From: Escherichia phage EcNP1
DNA length: 64,000 nt
Sequence record: NC_054910.1
Reading direction: 5' to 3' (one strand)
A program made the position numbers and the translations under genes. The notes below the pieces were generated by a model, which saw nothing but the letters and a program-made list of their open reading frames with translations, did not search any database and was not told where the DNA came from. Positions 17,036 through 27,662 of this stretch are shown here, piece after piece (position 1 is the first letter of the stretch; every line of letters begins with the position of its first letter).

Positions 17036-17122
17036 ATTGGTGGGGAGTGATGGAGTCGAACCACCCGAGTCGCAATGACAATGGATTTACAGTCCACACC
17101 GCTACCTCTACGGAATAACTCC
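17036..17122 (-). tRNA. tRNA-Tyr (anticodon GUA)
   Basis: 87 nt, class II with long variable arm, loop CUGUAAA, acceptor GGGGAGU/ACUCCCC, encoded CCA. Confidence 0.8.
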
Positions 17123-17131
17123 CCAAATTAA

Positions 17132-17206
17132 TTTGGTGGCCCTGGGTGGAATTGAACCACCATCTGGCGATTATGAGTCGCTTGCTTGAACCTTCCAGCT
17201 ACAGGG
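17132..17206 (-). tRNA. tRNA with anticodon CAU (Ile2 or Met)
   Basis: 75 nt, loop CUCAUAA, T-arm GGUGG-UUCAAUU-CCACC, encoded CCA; T4 carries a CAU Ile tRNA here. Confidence 0.8.
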
Positions 17207-17207
17207 C

Positions 17208-17283
17208 CTTGGTGCTGATTGACGGAATCGAACCGCCGACCTTCTCATTACAAGTGAGTTGCTCTACCTACTGAGCTAAATCA
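17208..17283 (-). tRNA. tRNA-Thr (anticodon UGU)
   Basis: 76 nt, loop CUUGUAA, encoded CCA. Confidence 0.85.
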
Positions 17284-17288
17284 GCAAA

Positions 17289-17378
17289 ACTGGCGGAGGC
17301 GATAGGATTCGAACCTATGAGTCGCCGGAGCGACTGCCGGTTTTCAAGACCGGTGCATTAAACCACTCTGCCACGCCT
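17289..17378 (-). tRNA. tRNA-Ser (anticodon UGA)
   Basis: 90 nt, class II long variable arm, loop CUUGAAA, encoded CCA. Confidence 0.85.
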
Positions 17379-17380
17379 CC

Positions 17381-17454
17381 AGTCTCCATACAAGGATTTG
17401 AACCTTGGACCTCCTGATCCCAAATCAGGCGCTCTACCAAACTGAGCTACACGG
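17381..17454 (-). tRNA. tRNA-Pro (anticodon UGG)
   Basis: 74 nt, loop UUUGGGA, T-arm CAAGG-UUCAAAU-CCUUG, CCA not encoded. Confidence 0.8.
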
Positions 17455-17464
17455 AGTAAATTAA

Positions 17465-17540
<76 letters not shown>

Positions 17541-17543
17541 AAA

Positions 17544-17630
17544 TTTGGTGCGAGAAGTGGGACTCGAACCCACAAGGAAATCATTCCGCAGCATTTTAAG
17601 TGCTGTGCCTTTACCAATTTGACCATTCTC
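17544..17630 (-). tRNA. tRNA-Leu (anticodon UAA)
   Basis: 87 nt, class II long variable arm, loop CUUAAAA, encoded CCA. Confidence 0.85.
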
Positions 17631-17631
17631 G

Positions 17632-17704
17632 CGCTGGGAATAAAGGACTCGAACCTTTGCATCCTGGAATCAAAATCCAGTGCCTTACCAACTTGGCTAA
17701 TTCC
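17632..17704 (-). tRNA. tRNA-Gln (anticodon UUG)
   Basis: 73 nt, begins UGGGAAUUAGCCAAGUUGGUAAGGCA as in T4 tRNA-Gln, CCA not encoded. Confidence 0.85.
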
Positions 17705-17803
17705 CAATTATTAACAAAGGCTCTCAAACAAGAACCCTTGATGATAGAGGGTATTAATCAGTGCGGTATGAGTTAATAATAACAAATAATTCTTAAAGCA
17801 TAT

Positions 17804-18091
17804 TTACCATTTATGATAATACATATTTACGATGCAGTCAAGACCTAAAGGATTCTTGAAAATATCATATTCAAGAGGACCTTTTTCCGTTTCAATAAAG
17901 AAATCAAAGTTAACTGTGTTAAATTTACGGTCTTCCTTCACTAATTTAACTTGAGAAGATGAACGGTCAATGTAAACCTTTTCAACTTCAAAATATGTTA
18001 AAATGCCGTAATCATCAATCAAGGCTTTAGCTGCTTCTTGATCATATTTATATCCATTTTCAATGGATGATACTTTCGCATAAAGAATCAC
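17804..18091 (-). CDS. hypothetical protein
   Basis: 95-aa ORF between tRNA cluster and ipI. Confidence 0.5.
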   Translation of the reverse strand: MILYAKVSSIENGYKYDQEAAKALIDDYGILTYFEVEKVYIDRSSSQVKLVKEDRKFNTVNFDFFIETEKGPLEYDIFKNPLGLDCIVNMYYHKW

Positions 18092-18093
18092 TA

Positions 18094-18504
18094 TTAACCT
18101 CTATCAACAATAGCATGAGTATGAGCATTTACGATTTGCCACCAGTCGAAACGATTGGAACCATACTCTGGTTTATTTTCATTTTCTTTAATGATATCAC
18201 GCAGTTTATCTTCTGTTTCAGCATACGCAATCAAATCATCATATCCACCACAAGGATAGTAATTATCGCCTGCGAACAAAAGAAAATTTACTTTAGATGG
18301 GTCTACATAATAATGCTCTTTAGGATATTTAGTTCCTTTCCAATCAGTTACTTCAACATAACGGTAAGAAAATCCATTTTTACTTTCAACCCAACTCCAC
18401 GCTTCAAAAGGAGTATTAAAAACTCTATCAGGTATTAAATTACCTTCAAAATGAGAAGGATTTGCATAATCCCCAGCATAAACATAATATTCGTTAATAT
18501 TCAT
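18094..18504 (-). CDS. hypothetical protein, aromatic-rich
   Basis: 136-aa ORF, tightly packed with neighbours. Confidence 0.5.
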   Translation of the reverse strand: MNINEYYVYAGDYANPSHFEGNLIPDRVFNTPFEAWSWVESKNGFSYRYVEVTDWKGTKYPKEHYYVDPSKVNFLLFAGDNYYPCGGYDDLIAYAETEDKLRDIIKENENKPEYGSNRFDWWQIVNAHTHAIVDRG

Positions 18505-18690
18505 TTATTCACCTTTAGAAATTTTATCCATAACGATAGCAATTAAACCAATTAAAAATGCTACTACAAGTGAAAACACATTTTCTGCTGTAGTTAATAA
18601 TCCGCATATAAATCCAACAAACATTGAAAAACTAAAAGCGGAAGCAGAAATTGCAATAGCAACATTTCGAATTAATTCACAGCGTTTCAT
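18505..18690 (-). CDS. small membrane protein
   Basis: 61 aa, two hydrophobic helices; GAGGAG SD. Confidence 0.5.
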   Translation of the reverse strand: MKRCELIRNVAIAISASAFSFSMFVGFICGLLTTAENVFSLVVAFLIGLIAIVMDKISKGE

Positions 18691-18704
18691 TTTATTCTCC
18701 TCAG

Positions 18705-18748
18705 TAGTTGATAGGGTAATAGTATCACAACTAAAACCCTATGTAAAC
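18705..18748 (-). promoter_or_regulatory. early promoter with -10 inside a hairpin
   Basis: TTTCACAAAGTTGTTTACA then inverted repeat TAGGGT/ACCCTA enclosing GATACTAT. Confidence 0.5.
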
Positions 18749-18766
18749 AACTTTGTGAAATATTTA

Positions 18767-19054
18767 TTACAAAAGATTTTTAGCAATAATCTTGAGATGT
18801 GCCGCAGAAATGTGTTTAGCTTTAAACAACGCAGTTTCTTCAGCAGGAGAGATAATGATTGTAGCACCATCCTTTTTAGCAGACCACCCATCACCTAGGT
18901 AAACAGTACCTTTGATTTCTTCGCCATCAACCAAACTAATCATTGGTTTACCTTCTCGTCCTTTATTTGCTTTAATAACTTCAGAAGTAAGAGTAGCTTC
19001 AGTAATAGTAGAAACCGGGGTAGTTGTAGAAGTAAATTCTTTGAAAGTTTTCAT
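18767..19054 (-). CDS. ipI: internal protein I-like (capsid-targeted, injected)
   Basis: 95 aa; MKTFKEF... with predicted protease cleavage after ITE at residue 19, consistent with T4 IPI processing. Confidence 0.75.
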   Translation of the reverse strand: MKTFKEFTSTTTPVSTITEATLTSEVIKANKGREGKPMISLVDGEEIKGTVYLGDGWSAKKDGATIIISPAEETALFKAKHISAAHLKIIAKNLL

Positions 19055-19074
19055 TTTATTTTCCTAATTAATTT

Positions 19075-19114
19075 TGATGAGATAATAGTATCACTACCTC
19101 ATCAGCGTGTAAAC
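19075..19114 (-). promoter_or_regulatory. early promoter with -10 inside a hairpin
   Basis: TTTCACAAAGTTGTTTACA then inverted repeat GATGAG/CTCATC enclosing GATACTAT. Confidence 0.5.
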
Positions 19115-19126
19115 AACTTTGTGAAA

Positions 19127-19811
<685 letters not shown>

Positions 19812-19812
<1 letters not shown>

Positions 19813-20537
19813 TATAGTACCTTTAGTGTATTTTTAATTTTAGAAAAAAGTTCTTCAAGAGAACCATCGTTTGTAATTACTAAATCGCCATTACGAATTG
19901 GCAATCCAGCTTCTGTAATATGTGTATCATTGGATTTTTGACCAGGACGAACTACATGAATTACTGTAGCACCCATCGCCCTAGCCGCATCCATTTCATG
20001 GTCTTGACGAGTATCAGGAACGATATAATAATCATAACCTGAGTTAAATTTATCAAGATAATCTAAAGCAAATAATTTTACCCAATACATGCGGTCGAAG
20101 TTATTAACAATCAAATCCGTACCTAGGGCTTGCATCAGACGACGGACTGACCATTGATCTTCAATATTATTTATAACGTCAGCAATCTTATTAAATGCTA
20201 CGAAAGTAACTGATTCTTTTCCTTCGTCATCAAAAACAAACACACCTTTAATTGGGCTTTTACTATTAAGATAGCAAAATGCTTGTTCCATAATCGTAAT
20301 TACTTCTAATTTAGTCAGATTTAAATTAGTCTCACGATCATAGTCAATTCCTTCAAACTCTTTACGAGTTAAACAAGGATAGTCAGTGTTTGCTGCAAAT
20401 ACACCCCATGCATAAGCCAATGCATCTTTAATAGGACCAGCAAGTTGATATTTAACTGCAGAATAATTATTCATGATAAAATCTGCAGTAGTATCTTTTC
20501 CACTACGCTTTACACCACTTAAAAAGATTAGTTTCAT
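19812..20537 (-). CDS. 1: deoxynucleoside monophosphate kinase gp1
   Basis: 241 aa, P-loop GVKRSGKDT. Confidence 0.9.
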
Positions 20538-20586
20538 ATGTTTCTCCTCAAATTTAGTTAAGATTATAACACATGAAACTGAAGCA

Positions 20587-21117
20587 TTAAACTTCTGCTA
20601 TAATTTTGCCATCTTTTTCTACTTGAAAATACGTATAAGGAATCGTTGCTGTACATACTAAAGCTGGGTCTGAATCTTCAGTGTAGCTAAATTCTACTTC
20701 AGACAGGTCAGAAACCCAAGGCTTATAAAAATTTATTGACATCACGATTTCAGTTTTACTATTATCTAAAATGTAAAGCGTAATGTATTCAGGACCTGTT
20801 TTTTGGGCAGTATTTTCACCTGTAAGATAGTTACTAGTTCCTAGCATCCATTCATACATTCCTATCCACGACTTAAGCTCTTCATCAACTATAAATCTCA
20901 CGATGAGTGGGTCATACTCAAATGTAACTCCTGGACGCTGTGCTCGGCCTAGTCCAAACGGCCCAGTCACGGTATCAGTAACAGGTATTCTAATTCCTGG
21001 AATAGGAACTGACTGAGCATTTAAAGTAAAAGCAGATGTAGTATTACTATGCGGTATTGATACTACAAAGTTAGTTGTATTTGCTTGGTTAAAAATTTGT
21101 TGTAGTGCTTGCGACAT
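20587..21117 (-). CDS. 3: tail tube terminator / sheath stabiliser gp3
   Basis: 176 aa from MSQALQQIFNQANTTNFVVS...; track ORF carries a 27-codon upstream extension. Confidence 0.85.
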   Translation of the reverse strand: MSQALQQIFNQANTTNFVVSIPHSNTTSAFTLNAQSVPIPGIRIPVTDTVTGPFGLGRAQRPGVTFEYDPLIVRFIVDEELKSWIGMYEWMLGTSNYLTGENTAQKTGPEYITLYILDNSKTEIVMSINFYKPWVSDLSEVEFSYTEDSDPALVCTATIPYTYFQVEKDGKIIAEV

Positions 21118-21223
21118 ATATTCCTCATAATGCTTTATAAGTGTTGGTGGTATAATGGGTCTAAGTCCCTTCCATTCAATTCCAATTAGAACAAACAATA
21201 GAAAAGAATGGAAGATAATAGAA

Positions 21224-22048
21224 TTAGATATTTGACCAGACTTTGTTTGCAGAGAAACGTTTTCCTTTTGAAACGAACTGCTGAAGTGGCATTAATACAA
21301 CGTTCGCCCAGTCTTTCGGGGCGATTTCAACTAGGCTACCCATAATATTACCAGGTATATATGCCTTAATCATTTGGTCTGCACCCCTAAATCCTTTCAC
21401 TTGACTCCAATCAATTTTTAATTTCGTTTTATTAGTAATAGTAGGTGTATTTGCATATTGCTTTAAAAGCTCTTCTAGAAATTGCTGACGAGCTTTAGGT
21501 GGAATATAGTGCAAGTTCAATCCATACATTAAATTATGTTTACCTAAACCGAGGTAAATTATCAAAGGAAATTTATCCCAATAAGGAAGAGTTTCTTTGT
21601 GTTTAGCATCATAAGCAAAAGCATATATTCGTCCCGGCTGCGGTCGAACAACTTTATGTCCTTTTACTTGCTTAATAGTTTCAGCAAACCACTTTCTGGT
21701 TTTATTATTAATTGCTGCACCTTCATTACGAATTTTATCACGCAACGTTTGCCTGAATGAATTTATCATAAGCAGTTGTCTTTCTTGCTTATTGAGTTTA
21801 TTCATTGGTTTTGATTCAAGCTTTTGAATCTTTTCAGCCGTTTTAATTCCTGAAGCATATTTTGACATTGCCGAAGTAAACGTAGAGTATTTGATTCCTC
21901 TTTCTTCAGCAAATTGCTTTCCTGTCATTCCTTTTGCTTTGGCCTTTTTGTATTCAAGACCTATCTGAATCCATTTCTTTTCGTTTAATGATTGCTTAAC
22001 CTTTGGAACTTGGGGAGTGCTTTCATTAATTATTTGAAAAATAGCCAT
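21224..22048 (-). CDS. 2: DNA end-protector protein gp2
   Basis: 274 aa, matches T4 gp2 as recalled. Confidence 0.9.
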
Positions 22049-22500
22049 TATGCCCCCTTAAAGCCAAGAGCTCGTAATCCATCTTCTGTTAAAATTCTAA
22101 ATTTTATTCCACGCTTTTCAGCTAAAGATTGCGCTGCTTTCCATTTGTCAGTATTAACTGAATATGTATAAATTTCATTCATAAATCTTTTCTTCGCTGC
22201 AGTTGTTAGATGTGCTGGTTTAACTGGTGGTTGTGTTTCTTTTTTAGGTTTTATTTCAATAAAAAATTCTTGTCCAGAAGAATCTTTCATCCAAATATCC
22301 ATGAAGTATCTACGTTTTTTCCCTTCTGCATTACAAAAATAAGGAATTACTGCCGTTTCACTACCCCATGCAATAATTTCTGGATTTTTATCTAACCATT
22401 CAAAAAAGAATTTTTCCCAATTTGATCTATACGTAATTTTTTTAGGGTCACCTCTATATTTTGATATATTTTTAGGAACCCATTTTCCAGAATATGCCAT
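22048..22500 (-). CDS. 4: head completion protein gp4
   Basis: 150 aa; gene order 3-2-4 as in T4. Confidence 0.85.
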
Positions 22501-22511
22501 TGGATTCTCCT

Positions 22512-22519
22512 TATAAATA
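22512..22519 (+). promoter_or_regulatory. late promoter TATAAATA (gene 53)
   Basis: TATAAATA 29 nt upstream of the gp53 ATG. Confidence 0.6.
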
Positions 22520-22526
22520 GATAATA

Positions 22527-22534
22527 TATTTATA
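22527..22534 (-). promoter_or_regulatory. late promoter TATAAATA (gene 4), divergent
   Basis: TATAAATA on minus strand 27 nt upstream of the gp4 ATG. Confidence 0.6.
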
Positions 22535-22547
22535 AACAGGAGGGCCC

Positions 22548-23138
22548 ATGCTCTTTACATTTTTTGATCCGATTGAATATGCGGCCAAAACGGTGAATAA
22601 AAACGCGCCGACTATTCCTATGACAGATATTTTTAGAAACTATAAAGACTATTTCAAACGTGCTCTTGCGGGATACCGTTTACGTACTTATTATATTAAA
22701 GGTTCACCACGCCCGGAAGAATTAGCAAACGCTATATATGGAAATCCACAGTTGTATTGGGTTTTATTGATGTGTAATGATAATTATGATCCGTATTATG
22801 GATGGATTACTTCGCAAGAAGCTGCTTATCAAGCATCTATCCAAAAATACAAAAATGTAGGTGGAGACCAAATAGTATATCATGTGAATGAGAATGGTGA
22901 AAAATTTTATAATTTAATATCATACGATGATAATCCATATGTTTGGTATGACAAAGGCGATAAAGCTAGAAAATACCCTCAATATGAAGGAGCACTTGCT
23001 GCAGTCGATACGTATGAAGCTGCTGTTCTTGAAAATGAAAAACTTCGTCAAATAAAAATAATAGCAAAATCAGACATCAATTCATTTATGAACGACCTTA
23101 TACGTATAATGGAGAAATCTTATGGAAATGATAAGTAA
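22548..23138 (+). CDS. 53: baseplate wedge protein gp53
   Basis: 196 aa. Confidence 0.9.
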   Translation: MLFTFFDPIEYAAKTVNKNAPTIPMTDIFRNYKDYFKRALAGYRLRTYYIKGSPRPEELANAIYGNPQLYWVLLMCNDNYDPYYGWITSQEAAYQASIQKYKNVGGDQIVYHVNENGEKFYNLISYDDNPYVWYDKGDKARKYPQYEGALAAVDTYEAAVLENEKLRQIKIIAKSDINSFMNDLIRIMEKSYGNDK

Positions 23139-24849
23139 TAACCTTAATTGGTTTGTTGGTGTTGTTGAAGATAGAATGGACCCATTAAAATTAGGTCGTG
23201 TTCGTGTTCGTGTGGTTGGTCTGCATCCACCTCAAAGAGCGCAAGGCGACGTAATGGGTATTCCAACCGATAAATTACCATGGATGTCAGTTATTCAACC
23301 TATAACTTCTGCAGCAATGTCTGGAATTGGAGGCTCCGTTACTGGTCCAGTAGAAGGAACTAGAGTTTATGGTCATTTTTTAGACAAATGGAAAACTAAC
23401 GGAATTGTCCTTGGCACATATGGCGGAATAGTTCGTGAAAAACCTAATAGACTTGAAGGCTTTTCTGACCCAACTGGACAGTATCCTAGACGTCTAGGAA
23501 ATGATACTAACGTATTAAACCAAGGCGGAGAAGTAGGATATGATTCGTCTTCTAATATTATCCAAGATAGCAATCTAGATACTGCGATAAATCCTGATGA
23601 TAGACCGCTATCAGAAATTCCAACTGATGATAATCCAAATATGTCAATGGCTGAAATGCTTCGCCGCGATGAAGGATTAAGACTAAAAGTTTATTGGGAT
23701 ACTGAAGGATATCCGACAATTGGTATTGGTCATCTTATCATGAAGCAGCCAGTTCGTGATATGACTCAAATTAATAAAGTTTTATCAAAACAAGTTGGTC
23801 GTGAAATTACCGGAAATCCAGGTTCTATTACAATGGAAGAAGCGGTAACTTTATTTGAACGCGATTTGGCTGATATGCAACGTGACATTAAATCACATTC
23901 TAAAGTTGGCCCAGTTTGGCAAGCAGTTAATCGTTCCCGTCAAATGGCATTAGAAAATATGGCATTTCAGATGGGTGTTGGCGGTGTAGCTAAATTTAAC
24001 ACAATGTTAACAGCTATGTTAGCCGGAGATTGGGAAAAAGCATATAAAGCTGGTCGTGATTCATTGTGGTATCAACAAACAAAAGGCCGTGCATCCCGTG
24101 TTACCATGATTATTCTTACAGGGAATTTGGAATCATATGGTATTGAAGTGAAAACACCAGCTAGGTCTTTGTCAGCAATGGCTGCTACTGTAGCAAAGTC
24201 TTCTGATCCAGCTGACCCTCCTATTCCGAATGATTCGAGAATTTTATTTAAAGAACCTGTTTCTTCATATAAAGGTGAATATCCATATGTTCACACAATG
24301 GAAACTGAAAGCGGTCATATTCAGGAATTTGATGATACGCCTGGACAAGAACGATACAGATTAGTTCATCCGACTGGAACATATGAGGAAGTATCACCGT
24401 CAGGAAGAAGAACAAGAAAAACTGTTGATAATTTGTATGATATAACAAATGCTGACGGTAATTTTTTGGTAGCCGGCGATAAAAAGACTAACGTCGGTGG
24501 ATCAGAAATTTACTACAACATGGATAATCGTCTTCACCAAATAGATGGAAGCAACACAATATTTGTCCGTGGCGATGAAACTAAGACAGTTGAAGGTAAT
24601 GGAACTATCCTAGTTAAAGGTAATGTTACTATTGTAGTCGAAGGTAATGCTGACATTACAGTTAAAGGAGATGCTACCACTTTAGTTGAAGGAAATCAGA
24701 CTAATACAGTAAATGGAAATCTTTCTTGGAAAGTTGCTGGAACAGTTGATTGGGACGTTGGTGGTGATTGGACAGAAAAAATGGCATCTATGAGTTCTAT
24801 TTCATCTGGTCAATACACAATTGATGGATCGAGGATCGACATTGGCTAA
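23122..24849 (+). CDS. 5: baseplate central spike with tail lysozyme domain gp5
   Basis: 575 aa; internal lysozyme domain homologous to e; C-terminal beta-helix repeats VxGxxT. Confidence 0.95.
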   Translation: MEMISNNLNWFVGVVEDRMDPLKLGRVRVRVVGLHPPQRAQGDVMGIPTDKLPWMSVIQPITSAAMSGIGGSVTGPVEGTRVYGHFLDKWKTNGIVLGTYGGIVREKPNRLEGFSDPTGQYPRRLGNDTNVLNQGGEVGYDSSSNIIQDSNLDTAINPDDRPLSEIPTDDNPNMSMAEMLRRDEGLRLKVYWDTEGYPTIGIGHLIMKQPVRDMTQINKVLSKQVGREITGNPGSITMEEAVTLFERDLADMQRDIKSHSKVGPVWQAVNRSRQMALENMAFQMGVGGVAKFNTMLTAMLAGDWEKAYKAGRDSLWYQQTKGRASRVTMIILTGNLESYGIEVKTPARSLSAMAATVAKSSDPADPPIPNDSRILFKEPVSSYKGEYPYVHTMETESGHIQEFDDTPGQERYRLVHPTGTYEEVSPSGRRTRKTVDNLYDITNADGNFLVAGDKKTNVGGSEIYYNMDNRLHQIDGSNTIFVRGDETKTVEGNGTILVKGNVTIVVEGNADITVKGDATTLVEGNQTNTVNGNLSWKVAGTVDWDVGGDWTEKMASMSSISSGQYTIDGSRIDIG

Positions 24850-24883
24850 TATACTTCCAATGAGCGCTGATTTAGGAGAATCC

Positions 24884-25378
24884 ATGGAAGGTTCTTCTAT
24901 TGACGTCACCTTTACCGCTCAATTAGAAACAGGTGAAACGTTAGTATCTATAAATATAACTAGTTACGAAGAAACTCCTGGGGTTTTAGTAGAAGAAAAT
25001 CGTTTATATGGAACGTATGAATCTGTGTTTGGATTTGGAAATGACGCACTAAAATATCGTTTAGATAATGAATTTAAAACTGCTGCTTCATGGGAAGACC
25101 TTCCAACTGATTCTAATACTCAGTTATATCTATGGAAAGCTCCTCAAAACCTCCAGAAGACATTCACTTACGAAGTAACATTAATATATGACTATCAAGA
25201 ACAAAGTGAATCTGGAGGTTCTGGTAGTAATTCTAGGTCATCTTCTGATACTACTGAACCAACGGATCCTCCTGCTCCAATAAGAAAAACTCTTGTTAAA
25301 AATTACACAAAAACTATAGTTGGAAATTGGAGTCGTTGGGCTAATAAATTAAGAAGCTACGTATATGAGAGGCAATAA
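24884..25378 (+). CDS. hypothetical protein gp5.1
   Basis: track ORF 24821..25378; start placed at ATG 24884 with AGGAGAA SD. Confidence 0.6.
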   Translation: MEGSSIDVTFTAQLETGETLVSINITSYEETPGVLVEENRLYGTYESVFGFGNDALKYRLDNEFKTAASWEDLPTDSNTQLYLWKAPQNLQKTFTYEVTLIYDYQEQSESGGSGSNSRSSSDTTEPTDPPAPIRKTLVKNYTKTIVGNWSRWANKLRSYVYERQ

Positions 25379-25671
25379 TGTCAGGATTAAGTTATGATAA
25401 GTGTGTTACTGCTGGTCATGAAGCGTGGCCTCCAACAGTTGTGAATGCTACACAAAGTAAAGTATTCACTGGAGGAATTGCTGTTCTCGTGGCAGGTGAT
25501 CCAATTACAGAACATACAGAAATTAAAAAGCCATATGAAACACATGGCGGAGTGGCACAACCTAGAACTTCTAAGGTATATGTCACTGGAAAGAAAGCTG
25601 TTCAAATGGCTGATCCAATATCATGCGGTGATACTGTGGCTCAGGCATCATCTAAAGTATTCATTAAATAG
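25378..25671 (+). CDS. PAAR-repeat spike tip protein gp5.4
   Basis: 97 aa, size and position match T4 gp5.4. Confidence 0.8.
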   Translation: MSGLSYDKCVTAGHEAWPPTVVNATQSKVFTGGIAVLVAGDPITEHTEIKKPYETHGGVAQPRTSKVYVTGKKAVQMADPISCGDTVAQASSKVFIK

Positions 25672-25679
25672 GATTTAAA

Positions 25680-27662
25680 ATGGCAAAGACCCCTGTAAAT
25701 TATCAATTAACAAGAACAGCAAATGCTATTCCCGAGATATTCGTCGGGGGTACATTTGCTGAAATAAAACAAAACCTCATTGAATGGCTTAATGGCCAAA
25801 ATGAATTTTTGGATTATGATTTTGAAGGCTCAAGATTAAACGTTCTGTGTGACCTTTTGGCTTATAATACATTGTACATTCAGCAGTTTGGTAATGCTGC
25901 CTTGTATGAAAGCTTTATGCGTACTGCTAATTTGCGTAGTTCAGTAGTTCAAGCTGCGCAAGATAATGGATATTTACCTACTTCAAAATCAGCTGCTCAA
26001 ACTGAAATTATGCTAACTTGCACAGACGCATTGAATAGAAATTACATTACTATTCCTCGCGGTACTCGCTTTTTAGCATATGCAAAAGATACTTCCGTTA
26101 ATCCTTATAACTTTGTATCTACTGAAGATGTTATTGCTATTCGCGATAAAAATAACCAATATTTTCCGCGTTTAAAATTAGCCCAAGGACGTATAGTAAG
26201 AACTGAAATCATTTATGATAAATTAACACCTATTATCATTTATGACAAAAATATAGATAGAAACCAAGTTAAACTATACGTTGATGGAGCAGAATGGATT
26301 AACTGGACAAGAAAGTCAATGGTTCATGCTGGTTCTACATCAACAATTTACTACATGCGTGAAACTATTGATGGAAATACTGAATTTTATTTTGGTGAAG
26401 GTGAGATTTCCGTTAATGCAGCAGAAGGAGCATTGACCGCTAATTATATTGGAGGTCTTAAACCTACCCAGAACTCTACGATTGTTATTGAGTACATCAG
26501 TACTAACGGTGCAGATGCGAATGGCGCAGTCGGATTTTCATATGCAGATACATTAACAAATATAACTGTCATCAATATTAATGAAAATCCAAACGACGAC
26601 CCAGATTTCGTTGGAGCAGACGGCGGTGGTGACCCAGAAGATATTGAGCGTATTCGCGAATTGGGTACTATTAAACGCGAAACCCAGCAACGCTGCGTAA
26701 CTGCGACTGACTATGATACATTCGTTTCAGAGAGATTTGGTTCTATTATTCAAGCAGTTCAGACGTTCACTGATTCTACTAAACCTGGTTATGCATTTAT
26801 TGCTGCTAAACCTAAATCAGGGCTATATTTAACTACTGTACAACGTGAAGATATTAAAAATTATCTCAAAGATTATAATTTAGCTCCTATTACGCCATCA
26901 ATTATTTCTCCTAATTACCTTTTTATTAAGACTAATTTAAAAGTCACATATGCTTTAAATAAGCTGCAAGAATCCGAACAGTGGCTTGAAGGTCAAATAA
27001 TTGATAAAATTGATCGTTATTATACCGAAGATGTAGAAATTTTTAACTCATCTTTCGCTAAATCTAAGATGTTGACATATGTAGATGATGCAGATCATTC
27101 TATCATTGGCTCATCAGCGACAATTCAAATTGTTCGTGAAGTACAAAACTTCTATAAAACGCCTGAAGCAGGTATTAAATACAATAATCAAATAAAAGAC
27201 CGTTCTATGGAATCTAATACGTTTTCATTTAATTCTGGACGAAAGGTTGTAAATCCTGATACTGGTTTAGAAGAAGATGTATTATATGACGTTCGCATAG
27301 TATCAACAGACCGAAATTCTAAAGGAATTGGTAAAGTTATTATTGGTCCATTTGCTTCTGGCGATGTTACGGAAAATAAAAACATTCGTCCATATACAGG
27401 CAACGATTTTAATAAATTAGCAAATTCTAGTGGACGCGACAAATACTATGTTATCGGTGAAATAAATTATCCAGCTGATATGATTTATTGGAATATCGCT
27501 AAAATTAATTTAACATCCGATAAATTTGAGGTTCAGACTATTGAACTATATTCTGATCCAATAGACGATGTTATTTTCACACGTGATGGTTCACTGATTG
27601 TATTTGAAAATGATTTACGCCCGCAATACTTAACTATCGATTTGGAGCCTATATCACAATGA
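25680..27662 (+). CDS. 6: baseplate wedge protein gp6
   Basis: 660 aa. Confidence 0.9.
   Translation: MAKTPVNYQLTRTANAIPEIFVGGTFAEIKQNLIEWLNGQNEFLDYDFEGSRLNVLCDLLAYNTLYIQQFGNAALYESFMRTANLRSSVVQAAQDNGYLPTSKSAAQTEIMLTCTDALNRNYITIPRGTRFLAYAKDTSVNPYNFVSTEDVIAIRDKNNQYFPRLKLAQGRIVRTEIIYDKLTPIIIYDKNIDRNQVKLYVDGAEWINWTRKSMVHAGSTSTIYYMRETIDGNTEFYFGEGEISVNAAEGALTANYIGGLKPTQNSTIVIEYISTNGADANGAVGFSYADTLTNITVININENPNDDPDFVGADGGGDPEDIERIRELGTIKRETQQRCVTATDYDTFVSERFGSIIQAVQTFTDSTKPGYAFIAAKPKSGLYLTTVQREDIKNYLKDYNLAPITPSIISPNYLFIKTNLKVTYALNKLQESEQWLEGQIIDKIDRYYTEDVEIFNSSFAKSKMLTYVDDADHSIIGSSATIQIVREVQNFYKTPEAGIKYNNQIKDRSMESNTFSFNSGRKVVNPDTGLEEDVLYDVRIVSTDRNSKGIGKVIIGPFASGDVTENKNIRPYTGNDFNKLANSSGRDKYYVIGEINYPADMIYWNIAKINLTSDKFEVQTIELYSDPIDDVIFTRDGSLIVFENDLRPQYLTIDLEPISQ

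Noticed and set aside
24600-24760. Short periodic repeats (GGTAATG/VxGxxT) near the 3' end of gene 5
   Set aside because: These encode the beta-helix needle repeats of the gp5 spike, a known structural feature.
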